From: Nanobdellota archaeon
Lineage (GTDB): Archaea > Nanobdellota > Nanobdellia > Woesearchaeales > UBA11576
Direction of reading: 5' to 3'
NCBI GenBank assembly: GCA_042576705.1
Contig: JBHPEY010000004.1
Location: forward strand, 1,393-65,392
Length of the DNA stretch: 64,000 nt
The notes under the pieces were generated by a model. That model searched no databases, had not been told where the DNA came from, and saw only the letters and a program-made list of their open reading frames with translations. Positions within the stretch are counted from its first letter, which is position 1, and each line of letters begins with the position of its first letter. Positions 1 to 8,676 of the stretch are shown in pieces. Made by a program: the position numbers and the translations under genes.

Positions 1-15
1 GAGACATCAGCAGAG

Positions 16-762
16 ATGATGCAGCACCCTCTTTCCACAATCACCCCGTCAGGTGAGACAGCTGCTTCTGTTGAGGCAGTCGGGTTTGATAATTACTGCT
101 CCACAAGATTCAAAGGCCAGATATGTGCTCAAGAGGAGTATTGTGATGGCAGCCAGGTAGAGTTCTATTACAGGACGTACTGCTGTACTGGATCATGCAG
201 GCCTGTTCCCGTCACTGTGACACCTTATGAGGAATTTACATTTACAGATGAGCAGGTCGAGCAGTTCTTCAATACATCTGCAGCAGAAGAGGAGTTCAAG
301 GCAGACCTGGCAGAGGGCGAAGAGATCCTGTCAGGAGATGATGAGGCTGTGGCTGCCAGGGATAACATGGTCTTTGAGGCAGAAGAGGAGATGCTCAGGG
401 AACTCGAAGAGGATGAGCGTGTAGGGTTGAGGGATGTTCTCGAGCCTGTCGCAGAAGGTGTGAAGGACATGGATCCGATCAGGATAGCGATGACCGTGCT
501 GGCCATACTTGTAGTGATTGCCTTGTTGGTCGGACTGTTCAGGAGATCATCAGAGAAGAAGATCGCAGAAACCGGACCTGTCCAGACAGTTCACAAGTCA
601 CCTGACCTTCAGCAGTTCATAGATTATTACATCTCAAAAGGGTATGATTACCCGCGTATTCGGCAGGGCCTGATAAGCAAGGGGCACAATCCAAATAGGG
701 TGGATCAGGAGATACAGAAGAACAGTGCTGCACAGAAGACCGCACAGCAGAGGATAAGATGA
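16..762 (+). CDS. Cys-rich single-pass membrane protein, hypothetical (possibly 5' truncated by the window edge)
   Basis: ORF track 16..762, and the frame has no stop back to base 1. Cys-rich N-terminal part (CSTRFKGQIC..YCCTGSC), acidic linker, one TM helix (IAMTVLAILVVIALLVGLF). The tail LQQFIDYYISKGYDYPRIRQGLISKGHNPNRVDQEIQK aligns without gaps to the tail of the 35574..37076 protein. ATGA overlap with the next gene. Confidence 0.5.
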   Translation: MMQHPLSTITPSGETAASVEAVGFDNYCSTRFKGQICAQEEYCDGSQVEFYYRTYCCTGSCRPVPVTVTPYEEFTFTDEQVEQFFNTSAAEEEFKADLAEGEEILSGDDEAVAARDNMVFEAEEEMLRELEEDERVGLRDVLEPVAEGVKDMDPIRIAMTVLAILVVIALLVGLFRRSSEKKIAETGPVQTVHKSPDLQQFIDYYISKGYDYPRIRQGLISKGHNPNRVDQEIQKNSAAQKTAQQRIR

Positions 763-3572
763 ATTTCATAGGGAGTGCTGGATCAAGAAGGGTGTTTTTA
801 GTAGTTTTTGCTATGATGCTGCTTCTGTTAGGCTCTTGCATTGTTTCTGCGCAGGCCACGTCCCAGCCAGCCGCATCCCAGCCAGCTGCAAGCCCGCCTG
901 CTCCCGCGACAACAGCGCCATCTACAGCTCCAGCCAGCGGCACAAAGACAAGCCAGGTCGCAAGTTGTGTCGGAGGGAATATAGACCAGTTATCTAGTGC
1001 CAGCATGAAACGATGCCTCAGGTTCAAGGACCTGTTCGAGAAATACCGTCAGGAGACAGGTCTTGCTGCCCAGGGTGTTGATATCCTTTTCCTTTTCATG
1101 ACTGCCCAAGGTGAGAGTGGCTGCAGGTCCAAGAATGCTGGGGACTCAAGAGCGCCGCATGGCGGGATCATGGAATCAATCGGTTATTGCAAGAAGGATC
1201 CTGCAAAAGACAAGTGCCATTCGACAGAGGATGAGATCAAGTATGGTGTCCAAGAGTTTGCCAAGAAGTTCAATAAGGTGGTGAAAGGGAGCGATCTTGT
1301 CGGAAAGGAGGCATTGTGGATGACCTGGTATGGATATAATAGAGGGTCTGGTGCTGCCAAGGCAGCGATAAGGAGGATGCAGACAGGCAAGAACATCATC
1401 GATGCCATAAATGAGACCTGTCATGAGGTCTATGGCCTGTCGAAAAAAGGGAATAAGTTCTGTTATAATGGGAGAGGGACACCCAACATGGCAAAGAAAT
1501 ACCATTGTGATGGTGATAGGTGGGATTCTGTGTGTGATGGGAACTTGATCTGCCAGCAGTGGAGTGCTTGCTACATCACCGATCCTGTAATCCCGATACA
1601 TTATGTGGGCAGTCGTTGGAGAACCTATGTGAAGAAATGTGAATCAATGGGCGGCACTGTGCAGAATCAGGGAGCACCAATAACCGCAAGCACTGTAGCA
1701 GGCCCTTCAGGAGTTCCCGGAGTTCCCGGAGTTCCCGGAGTTCCCGGAGCGGCGGGTCAGCCAGGGTACAGACCCGAGCACCCCTATTTCTCAGTGCCTT
1801 ATTCTGTCAATCCTTCGTTCTCTGTCACAATACCGTATGATTTTTCAGTATATGATGATCTTCCCAAGGATATCAAGCGTCTTGAGCGCTGCAAGGCTGA
1901 CATTGACTGCATCGTCAATAACGTCTCATTGATTGAGCAGGATAATCCTCAGTTCGACTGGATTGTCAAGTACGGAGGTAATGTTCTCAGTAAGGACAAG
2001 CACGGTAGCAATGAGCTGCCTGTCTGGGAAGCATACTGCGAGAAGTCTGAGCAGCACGCGATCAACTCGATTACAGAGGCTATCGACACCTGTGTCAGCT
2101 CGCAGGATACAGACTGCACCTGTGAGTATAGGTTGCCTATAGTGACCCCTGAAGAGATAAACAGGTGGTTCGGCCGCGGCGCGTCGACTTTGCTTTTTTT
2201 CATAAACCCGTTGATAGGGATTTCCTCTTTCATAATCAATGAGCTTTCAGAGACAGAGACTTGGGACACGCGCACGATAGGTTTTGTAGAGTATGGCTCT
2301 AATCTGCGTGTCTACAGGATTCCTGCAGGCAAGGTGAATCCACAGGTTTTGCGGACCGATTTCAAGGAGGTGCATTCCGACACAATGGGGGCCAGTAAGA
2401 ATGTATTGGAATACAGCATCGGCGATGCTGGCAAGACCGTCGACATCTATAAGGACGCAAAGAAGAACATCTCTATCTACCCTGCCGGTGAAGCGCCGTC
2501 TTCAGATAGATGTGAGGTGCCTAACAAGATCGTGAAGTTCTGCGTCGTGCAGAACAAGACATTTTTCGCGTATAACTCTCAGGAGAACAAGATGGGGATA
2601 CAGCAGATGGTGATGAAATTCGCCTATATCTTCAAGAGAAAGGTTACTGACGTGAGCGGATTCGAGGTCCACGACGCGCGTCTTATGTCCAACACCTCCC
2701 TGCTCGTCTGGGATAAGGTGCAAGGCATTCTTGCTGACTATTACACGATATATTACTCAGAGAATACTGGAATGACTGCAAACCTCAGGGACGTGGCGCC
2801 GAAGGATGTCCCTCAAGAGGTCCAGGATGACCTGCAGACAGTGCAGCTGGTAGCGAGCGCAAAGCAGGACAGGTGGATGCCGATATCAGCATTATCATTG
2901 CCGTATTGCGATGTTGTTGACAGGTCATGCACCCTGACATATCCTGTTTTAAGCAAGGATCTGAGCCTTAGCCAGAACATAACCCTTCCTGTGGATACCC
3001 TGTTCTACTCCGCACAGGATGAGAAATTCTTCTACTTCATGCCGAACCTGAAGGATGATACGCACTATTTTTTTGGCATAACAGTGAAAGACACCGGCGG
3101 AGAGGAAAGCCCTGGTTTCAACATGCCTGAATCTGTCCATGTGGATTCCCGTGATGATGTTCCGGCAGGCATTGCAGAGATTATCAGCGCCACACCAAGC
3201 TCGGATGGCAAGAAAGTGGAGTTCCAGATAAGGCCTATTGAGCAAAATATCGACGCAAGTCCGCTCGATCCCCGCAGCGTGTCTGATATCAAGATATATT
3301 GCTTTGATAAGGACGTCACAGAGGTGAACCTGGCTTCCAAGAATCCGTTATATGCAAAGGAAGTGAATACGCTGTCTGACGGGACTGTCCAGTTCACAAG
3401 GCCTATGGTTGATTTTGACGAGCATCATTGCAATTTCCTGCCTTCCTCGCGCACAGCAAGGTTCCTGGTGGTGGGTGTGAAGAAAGTGAAAGGTTTGGAA
3501 GTGGATCTGGCTGGTGTGAAAGTGAGCTATCAATCCCTTTCAGAAGGATTGCCGATAGCGACAACACCATAA
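759..3572 (+). CDS. large secreted protein with SLT/lysozyme-like (lytic transglycosylase) domain
   Basis: N-terminal signal/TM, then a P/A/S/T linker. FMTAQGESGCRSKNAGDSRAPHGGIMES .. WYGYNRGSGAAKAAI fits the SLT pattern (E-S, G-x-M-Q/E, Y-N-x-G). (GVP)4 is encoded by a perfect 9-bp x4 repeat at 1710..1745. Long beta-rich C-terminal region. Confidence 0.6.
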   Translation: MNFIGSAGSRRVFLVVFAMMLLLLGSCIVSAQATSQPAASQPAASPPAPATTAPSTAPASGTKTSQVASCVGGNIDQLSSASMKRCLRFKDLFEKYRQETGLAAQGVDILFLFMTAQGESGCRSKNAGDSRAPHGGIMESIGYCKKDPAKDKCHSTEDEIKYGVQEFAKKFNKVVKGSDLVGKEALWMTWYGYNRGSGAAKAAIRRMQTGKNIIDAINETCHEVYGLSKKGNKFCYNGRGTPNMAKKYHCDGDRWDSVCDGNLICQQWSACYITDPVIPIHYVGSRWRTYVKKCESMGGTVQNQGAPITASTVAGPSGVPGVPGVPGVPGAAGQPGYRPEHPYFSVPYSVNPSFSVTIPYDFSVYDDLPKDIKRLERCKADIDCIVNNVSLIEQDNPQFDWIVKYGGNVLSKDKHGSNELPVWEAYCEKSEQHAINSITEAIDTCVSSQDTDCTCEYRLPIVTPEEINRWFGRGASTLLFFINPLIGISSFIINELSETETWDTRTIGFVEYGSNLRVYRIPAGKVNPQVLRTDFKEVHSDTMGASKNVLEYSIGDAGKTVDIYKDAKKNISIYPAGEAPSSDRCEVPNKIVKFCVVQNKTFFAYNSQENKMGIQQMVMKFAYIFKRKVTDVSGFEVHDARLMSNTSLLVWDKVQGILADYYTIYYSENTGMTANLRDVAPKDVPQEVQDDLQTVQLVASAKQDRWMPISALSLPYCDVVDRSCTLTYPVLSKDLSLSQNITLPVDTLFYSAQDEKFFYFMPNLKDDTHYFFGITVKDTGGEESPGFNMPESVHVDSRDDVPAGIAEIISATPSSDGKKVEFQIRPIEQNIDASPLDPRSVSDIKIYCFDKDVTEVNLASKNPLYAKEVNTLSDGTVQFTRPMVDFDEHHCNFLPSSRTARFLVVGVKKVKGLEVDLAGVKVSYQSLSEGLPIATTP

Positions 3573-3594
3573 AGAGACATGGGAATTATAGAAC

Positions 3595-4257
3595 TCAGCA
3601 ATCTCTCTTGAGCTTCACCTTGACGATATTATCATACCCTGTGACCTCGTCCTGTGTCCCTGAGTGTACCTTCCTGCTCTTTGTCAAGTCAACAATCTCT
3701 GTCTCGTTCACACAGGTCCTTTCCGTCTTTATCTCGCGCGTGGTGTTGGCGAACTCTAGTGTCACGTCAAGCAGCGGGTCATACTGTGTATCCCAGAACA
3801 CGATCGTCTCCCTGCTTGTTTTGGGGTCGACAAGGAGCATCATGGGATTGCGTGACCTCTTTGTCACGCTCCCGTTATACCAGTACACCTTGTCCACATA
3901 TACTGACTTGAGCGTGTCATGCGGGTTCCATATGGTGACGATCCTGCGGAGGTAGTTTGTCTGACCCTTGATAAGAGGCTTGCTCACCCATTCCTGCTCA
4001 CCAAGGCTCATGTTGAACTCGTTATGCCTTGAGTTCACGACAGTATAGTTCCTTTCTGTACATTTCTCGCCCACGAGGCGCTCTTCCTGCACAGTATATG
4101 ATTCATCAGCATAGACGTCGACTGTCTGTGTTATCTCCCGCGTCTCATATGATTTGTCAGGAGCGCAGCTATTACTGCCGCAGCCAGACAGGATCAACAG
4201 GACAAGCGCTAGCGCAAGTACTACTAATCCAGAAGATACATGTCTAAACCCCCTCAT
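3595..4257 (-). CDS. putative lipoprotein, hypothetical
   Basis: N-terminus MRGFRHVSSGLVVLALALVLLILSGCGSNSC has a hydrophobic core and a lipobox-like LSGC. I recognise no catalytic motif. Confidence 0.5.
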   Translation of the reverse strand: MRGFRHVSSGLVVLALALVLLILSGCGSNSCAPDKSYETREITQTVDVYADESYTVQEERLVGEKCTERNYTVVNSRHNEFNMSLGEQEWVSKPLIKGQTNYLRRIVTIWNPHDTLKSVYVDKVYWYNGSVTKRSRNPMMLLVDPKTSRETIVFWDTQYDPLLDVTLEFANTTREIKTERTCVNETEIVDLTKSRKVHSGTQDEVTGYDNIVKVKLKRDC

Positions 4258-5029
4258 CTTGCCATTTTATTAGTTGGCTATGGCTTATAAATATTACGTT
4301 AGAATCCTTTAAATAATTTATAAACTCCTCGAACTCATTTTTATACTGCATGATGTGATGTGGGTGGAATAAGTACGACTCCAGCTCCCCTTCCTTGTGC
4401 TTCATCAGGTAGAAATACAACCCAGGCATGCGGAGATAATGCACCCAGGAGACATCCTCAAACGGCACAGCGAAGATGCTGGACACAGGTATCTCCCCGA
4501 ACGAGAAACCTGACAATGAAGGATAAAACAGCCCCCATCCACCGATAATTGAGGCATCATAAAGCACCCCTTCCTCCTCAAGCACCCTGAAAGTCTCTTT
4601 GTCGACGAGATTATATGGTGCCCTGAAACCGACAACATCCTTGCCAGTCACGTTCTCAAGAAGCATCCGTGTCTGCCGGATCTCTGAAACCTTCTCTTCC
4701 CTGCTAAGTTTGACAAACGCAGTGTGCGAATAGCCATGATTCGCTACCTCCTGCCCTGCCATCATCCGTACCACGCCAGGGTATCTCTCAGTATACTCCC
4801 CAGTCACAAAGAATGTCACATTTAACTCGTGCCTGTACACGACATCGAGGACTCCCATCACATCTTCCTCCCCATCGACAGGCTCAACATCAAAACTGAG
4901 AAGCACATAACGTCGGTCAGGCCTGTCATGCATAGCAACAAACACAAGAAACAAAAAAAGAACAAGTACAAATATGCCGAAAATTTGGTTCACTCGTTTG
5001 AATTCTCTGAAATGAGGAGCATCCTTCAT
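4244..5029 (-). CDS. polysaccharide deacetylase (NodB homology domain), N-terminal TM anchor
   Basis: LLSFDVEP, FFVTGEY, NHGYSH (H-x3-H) and FRAPY motifs are typical of carbohydrate esterase family 4. Overlaps the downstream lipoprotein gene by 14 nt. Confidence 0.75.
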   Translation of the reverse strand: MKDAPHFREFKRVNQIFGIFVLVLFLFLVFVAMHDRPDRRYVLLSFDVEPVDGEEDVMGVLDVVYRHELNVTFFVTGEYTERYPGVVRMMAGQEVANHGYSHTAFVKLSREEKVSEIRQTRMLLENVTGKDVVGFRAPYNLVDKETFRVLEEEGVLYDASIIGGWGLFYPSLSGFSFGEIPVSSIFAVPFEDVSWVHYLRMPGLYFYLMKHKEGELESYLFHPHHIMQYKNEFEEFINYLKDSNVIFISHSQLIKWQDEGV

Positions 5030-5035
5030 GAGATA

Positions 5036-6067
5036 TTACATCTGAGTCGTGGTCTCATCGCCCAACTCTTTATTCATCTTCTCTATTTCCTCTTTTGGGT
5101 CTGGGTTCATCTGCACCTTCCGCACATTGAATTCGATTCGGTCGAACATCGAGTTCTTTGCCACACGGCCCCCGAGCTTTATCATCTGCCCGAGCAGTTC
5201 GATCTTGACCTCATCGAACTTCTCCTTGAACTCTCTGTACTGCATGACCTCTTCTTTCTTCTTGCCGAGCAGCGCTTCCATCTGTTCTCTGAAGAATATC
5301 GCCCGGATGGTCTCGCTTCCGTCGTCGACAATGACATTGTTCACATATGAATAATCAGGCGTCACGACCCCGTGCGCTTCGCATGCATACTGGTCCTCGC
5401 GCTGACGAGCCCGTTTTCCGCACTGTGGGCACACCTCAAAGAACCGTGGCTCGAACACCTGGACGATTGTTCCCAATATCTCGACATTGTTGTCATTCTC
5501 TGCAAGGTCGACTATCTTCTTTCTCTGCGATTCCGCCTGTGCCTGTACCATTCCAGCAGCGACATCTACCTTCTCGTCAGGAGGGTTCACCTCGATTCCG
5601 CTCTTGTCGTTGAGATGCAGTTCAATCCTGCTCTGGTTCTCTCGAGCGTAAGCATTTGTTATCTTGACCACATCATCCTTCTTGAGCCCTTCCATCTTAT
5701 CTGTCTGCGCGTGCCAGCAGGTTATCCTGCAAAGCCCTGTCTCATCACCGACAAGGAAGCTACCGACCTTACCGCTGCCACGATCATTGGAGAATTCACG
5801 GATTTCATACACATCAACGACCTTCGCGACAACATCAACGCTTCGCATCCCTGGCATGAGCTTGTCAAGCTTGACCTTGCCTGAAGAGAACTCCTCAAAT
5901 GCATTCACGCCAAGCTCATTCGCTACTATGTGCGCGGCACCATCCCGCGAGACCAGCCCTGCAAGCTGCTCAAGCTTCTCCTTGATGCGCTTCTCGACCT
6001 CTTCCTCAGAAACATCTGCTTTCTCTTTGATCTTGCCTATTATCTGCTCTGCTGTAAGTTTTATCAT
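5036..6067 (-). CDS. rpa: replication protein A-like ssDNA-binding protein
   Basis: N-terminal helical module, two OB-fold-like segments (VVAKVVDVYEIREF.., ILGTIVQVFEPRFF) and a Zn ribbon CPQCGKR..CEAHG, as in euryarchaeal RPA. Confidence 0.75.
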   Translation of the reverse strand: MIKLTAEQIIGKIKEKADVSEEEVEKRIKEKLEQLAGLVSRDGAAHIVANELGVNAFEEFSSGKVKLDKLMPGMRSVDVVAKVVDVYEIREFSNDRGSGKVGSFLVGDETGLCRITCWHAQTDKMEGLKKDDVVKITNAYARENQSRIELHLNDKSGIEVNPPDEKVDVAAGMVQAQAESQRKKIVDLAENDNNVEILGTIVQVFEPRFFEVCPQCGKRARQREDQYACEAHGVVTPDYSYVNNVIVDDGSETIRAIFFREQMEALLGKKKEEVMQYREFKEKFDEVKIELLGQMIKLGGRVAKNSMFDRIEFNVRKVQMNPDPKEEIEKMNKELGDETTTQM

Positions 6068-6220
6068 GATTTATACCCCCTTTAAGCACAAAAACATATA
6101 GCTATGTTAGTAGATTCTTCCTGATGTCTTATTTATATATTTGTGTTTTCAAAAACAATGTTTTTTTGTCACGGGCTGTACAGAATATTTATTAAGACTG
6201 CTGACTTTTTTCATGACAAT

Positions 6221-6676
6221 ATGATGTTCAAGACCCATCTGGCTTTTGGATTCCTGGTAGCAGTAATCTCACTAAGGTTCCTCAACCCCACAAACCAGCT
6301 CCTGTTCGCTTTCATACTCCTTATAGGAGCAGCATTCCCTGATATAGACCATCCAAGATCAAGGATAGGCCAGATGGCCTGGCCGATAGCATACCTCTTT
6401 GAGCACAGGGGGTTCTTCCACTCATTCCTGGCAATAGCCCTCCTGACATTCGCGTTATTCCTGATATCAGGATCAATGCTCTACTCGATAGCATTCCTCT
6501 TAGGATATGCATCCCACATATTCACAGACGCCCTCACCCCGCAGGGCATAATGCCCCTCCACCCGATAACAAAACTAAGACTAAGGGGCGCGTTCCGAAC
6601 AGGCACATTTGTAGAGTATGCTTTCTTCTTTACGCTGCTCGCGTTTGATATATTTGCGATGTTCTTTATGGTATGA
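6221..6676 (+). CDS. membrane-bound metal-dependent hydrolase, YdjM/DUF457-like
   Basis: FPDIDHPRS, HRGFFHS and SHIFTDALTPQGI motifs in a 4-TM protein. I prefer the ATG at 6221 (MMFKTHLAFGF) over the track start 6143 because a TATA-like ATATTTATTAAG lies about 30 nt upstream of it. Confidence 0.65.
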   Translation: MMFKTHLAFGFLVAVISLRFLNPTNQLLFAFILLIGAAFPDIDHPRSRIGQMAWPIAYLFEHRGFFHSFLAIALLTFALFLISGSMLYSIAFLLGYASHIFTDALTPQGIMPLHPITKLRLRGAFRTGTFVEYAFFFTLLAFDIFAMFFMV

Positions 6677-6703
6677 AAAGAAACAGATAAAAAAAATAAA
6701 AGA

Positions 6704-7738
6704 TTAAAGATCCCTAAGACCTGGTGTCTCGACCATGAAATTGCACTCGCCGTCAGGCAGGTTAGGCGCATCAATTAACTTAGCCACCCTTGATCCCTTC
6801 TTACCCTTACGCAGATAGATCCTAAAGGTCGATGCGTGGGCAACTATATGACCACCCACTGCCTTGGTCGGGTCCCCGAAGAACTGGGCAGGGTCTGCCT
6901 GGACCTGATTGGTGACGTAGACACAGGTATTGTGCATGTCAGCAAGCTTCAGCAGGGTGTGCATGTGCCTGTTGATTTTCTGCTGCCTCTCGGCAAGCGT
7001 TCCACGGCCGATGAACTCTGCACGGAAGTGCGCTGTCAGCGAGTCCACAATGACAACCTTGACATTCAACTCGTCGCTGGTTATCATCTCAGAGATCTTC
7101 TCTGTGAGAAGCATCTGATGGTCAGAGTTGTAGGCCTTTGCCACCTTGATGTTCTTCAGCACCTTGTCAGAATCAAGGCCAGCACCTTCTGCAAGCTGCT
7201 TTATCCTCTCTGGCCGGAAGGTGTTCTCTGTGTCGACATACACCGCAACTGCCGTAGGGTCGTCCTTCTGGCAGTTTACCGCAAGAAGATGCCCTACCTG
7301 GGTCTTTCCCGAGCCGAACTCTCCGAAACACTCGATTATCGAGCCGGTCTCAAAGCCTCCACCAAGCAGCTCATTAAATGCTTTGCTGCCAGTGTTTATC
7401 TTCTCTACCAGAGCACGCCTCTCAAGCACCTCTTCACCAGACATGAACCCCATCTTCATGGAGTCACGGGCTGCATTGATCATCTTCCTTGCTACAGGCT
7501 CGGAAACACCTGCGTCTTCTACCAGCTTTCCAGGGGATGCTACTGCTATTGACATCACACCATCATAGCCGCACTCCTTCAGCTTCTCAGCTGTGGCTGC
7601 GCCAACACCTGGAAGGTCATACAGTTCTGGCTCCTTTTCTTTCCCATCCATTTTCTTTGGTTTTGACTTGGATTCTACGGGTTCCTCAGGCACCCCCAGC
7701 ACCATATCGTCATCATGCTCTACTACGTCTACAGTCAT
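6704..7738 (-). CDS. radA: DNA repair and recombination protein RadA
   Basis: HhH segment LPGVGAATAEKLKECGY, Walker A GEFGSGKTQ, Walker B VVIVDS, length 344 aa. Confidence 0.95.
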   Translation of the reverse strand: MTVDVVEHDDDMVLGVPEEPVESKSKPKKMDGKEKEPELYDLPGVGAATAEKLKECGYDGVMSIAVASPGKLVEDAGVSEPVARKMINAARDSMKMGFMSGEEVLERRALVEKINTGSKAFNELLGGGFETGSIIECFGEFGSGKTQVGHLLAVNCQKDDPTAVAVYVDTENTFRPERIKQLAEGAGLDSDKVLKNIKVAKAYNSDHQMLLTEKISEMITSDELNVKVVIVDSLTAHFRAEFIGRGTLAERQQKINRHMHTLLKLADMHNTCVYVTNQVQADPAQFFGDPTKAVGGHIVAHASTFRIYLRKGKKGSRVAKLIDAPNLPDGECNFMVETPGLRDL

Positions 7739-7856
7739 CTATAATCACCTCACATATTTTAAGTTGTTGTAAATACCTGCCTTTTGATGCAGATTGGTTA
7801 AGAAACCACTCAAGGGGTATTTACAACATTGAAATTCCGTTTGGAATTTCATTTTA

Positions 7857-8153
7857 TTAAAGTGCAGGGGCCAGGTCCCCCTGGCCATTAAGTACTGCGT
7901 ATTCGTATGCTTTGTTGAGGACAACGACGGCTTTAGGAAGGTCCATCGCTCTCATAGAACTCGTTTCCTTCCATTCGTCAGTCTCTTTGTCCTTGTATGA
8001 GCGTTTGAATGTGACGCTCAGAAACTCTGCTTCACGGCCGTCCTTGGTCGTGACCTGGTTTTTCCAGATAGTGGCTGATATTCCCCCAGCCCTAAAGGTT
8101 TTTTCAGGCGGTCTGCCTACTGTCTTATTTTCGTTTTTTTCCATGTACAACAC
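7857..8153 (-). CDS. small hypothetical protein (four beta strands plus a C-terminal helix; possibly a PC4/YdbC-like ssDNA binder)
   Basis: 98 aa. ISATIWKNQVTTKDGREAEFLSVTFKRSYKDKETDEWKETSSMRAMDLPKAVVVLNKAYEYAV. The fold guess rests only on the residue pattern. Confidence 0.35.
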   Translation of the reverse strand: MLYMEKNENKTVGRPPEKTFRAGGISATIWKNQVTTKDGREAEFLSVTFKRSYKDKETDEWKETSSMRAMDLPKAVVVLNKAYEYAVLNGQGDLAPAL

Positions 8154-8294
8154 CTCGAGTTGCTTATCGCTTTTTCTTTCAATCCGGATCCACAGGCACT
8201 TTGGTGCTCAGCTTCATTTCCAAACCTCGATGCAATATATAACTCCGAAGTTGCTTAAATAGCTCATCCGAGCATGTCCAGTGGCCAGTGAGTC

Positions 8295-8392
8295 AAGCAG
8301 ACCAGCTGAAAAGCTTCAATCTTTGAGAATAAGCACTAGGCGAAATGTTTCTGGATGTCTTGTGAAGCCTCTGAAAGATTGCCGGTCTGCTT
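8295..8392 (+). ncRNA. candidate structured small RNA closed by a 9-bp+ terminal stem
   Basis: AAGCAGACC (8295..8303) pairs with GGTCTGCTT (8384..8392). A TATA-like GCTTAAATAG at 8252..8261 would start transcription near 8285. It contains CTGA and GTGAAG words, but I could not fit a canonical C/D arrangement. Confidence 0.3.
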
Positions 8393-8423
8393 CCTAAAAC
8401 CAAGAACAGGGTCAAGCCCCAAA

Positions 8424-8507
8424 CCACGCTGTCAGATTCTAAAACTGTCTTCGTATCGTTCTGGCCGAAGGCCTAAATCCTATATCGTTCATAATACTGA
8501 AGCGCAA
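8424..8507 (+). repeat. conserved intergenic element, copy A
   Basis: CCACG-CTGTCAGA-TTCTAAAACTGTCTTCGTATCGTTCT-GGCCGAAGGCC-TAAATCC-TATATCGTTCATAATACTGAAGCGCAA. See the repeat-family finding. Confidence 0.8.
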
Positions 8508-8676
8508 CCCACCAAATACAAAACACCACCCACCCATTAGGAAGCGCCACCAACAAATAACCCCTGCCACAAAAACCCTAAAAACCCTTTCAATAGATTT
8601 ATAAACTATCTGAGCCTATACTCCCCCATGCACGACATGTGCAGATCGAAAATAAGATAGATTAGGTGAATAAGTT

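Noticed and set aside
8424-8507. The five-copy element as C/D-box sRNAs, split-tRNA halves or a MITE
   Set aside because: It has no RUGAUGA box, and the CTGA is not conserved (copy B has CTAA). The would-be guide regions are the conserved parts. There is no acceptor or anticodon-arm pairing, and no terminal inverted repeats or target-site duplications.
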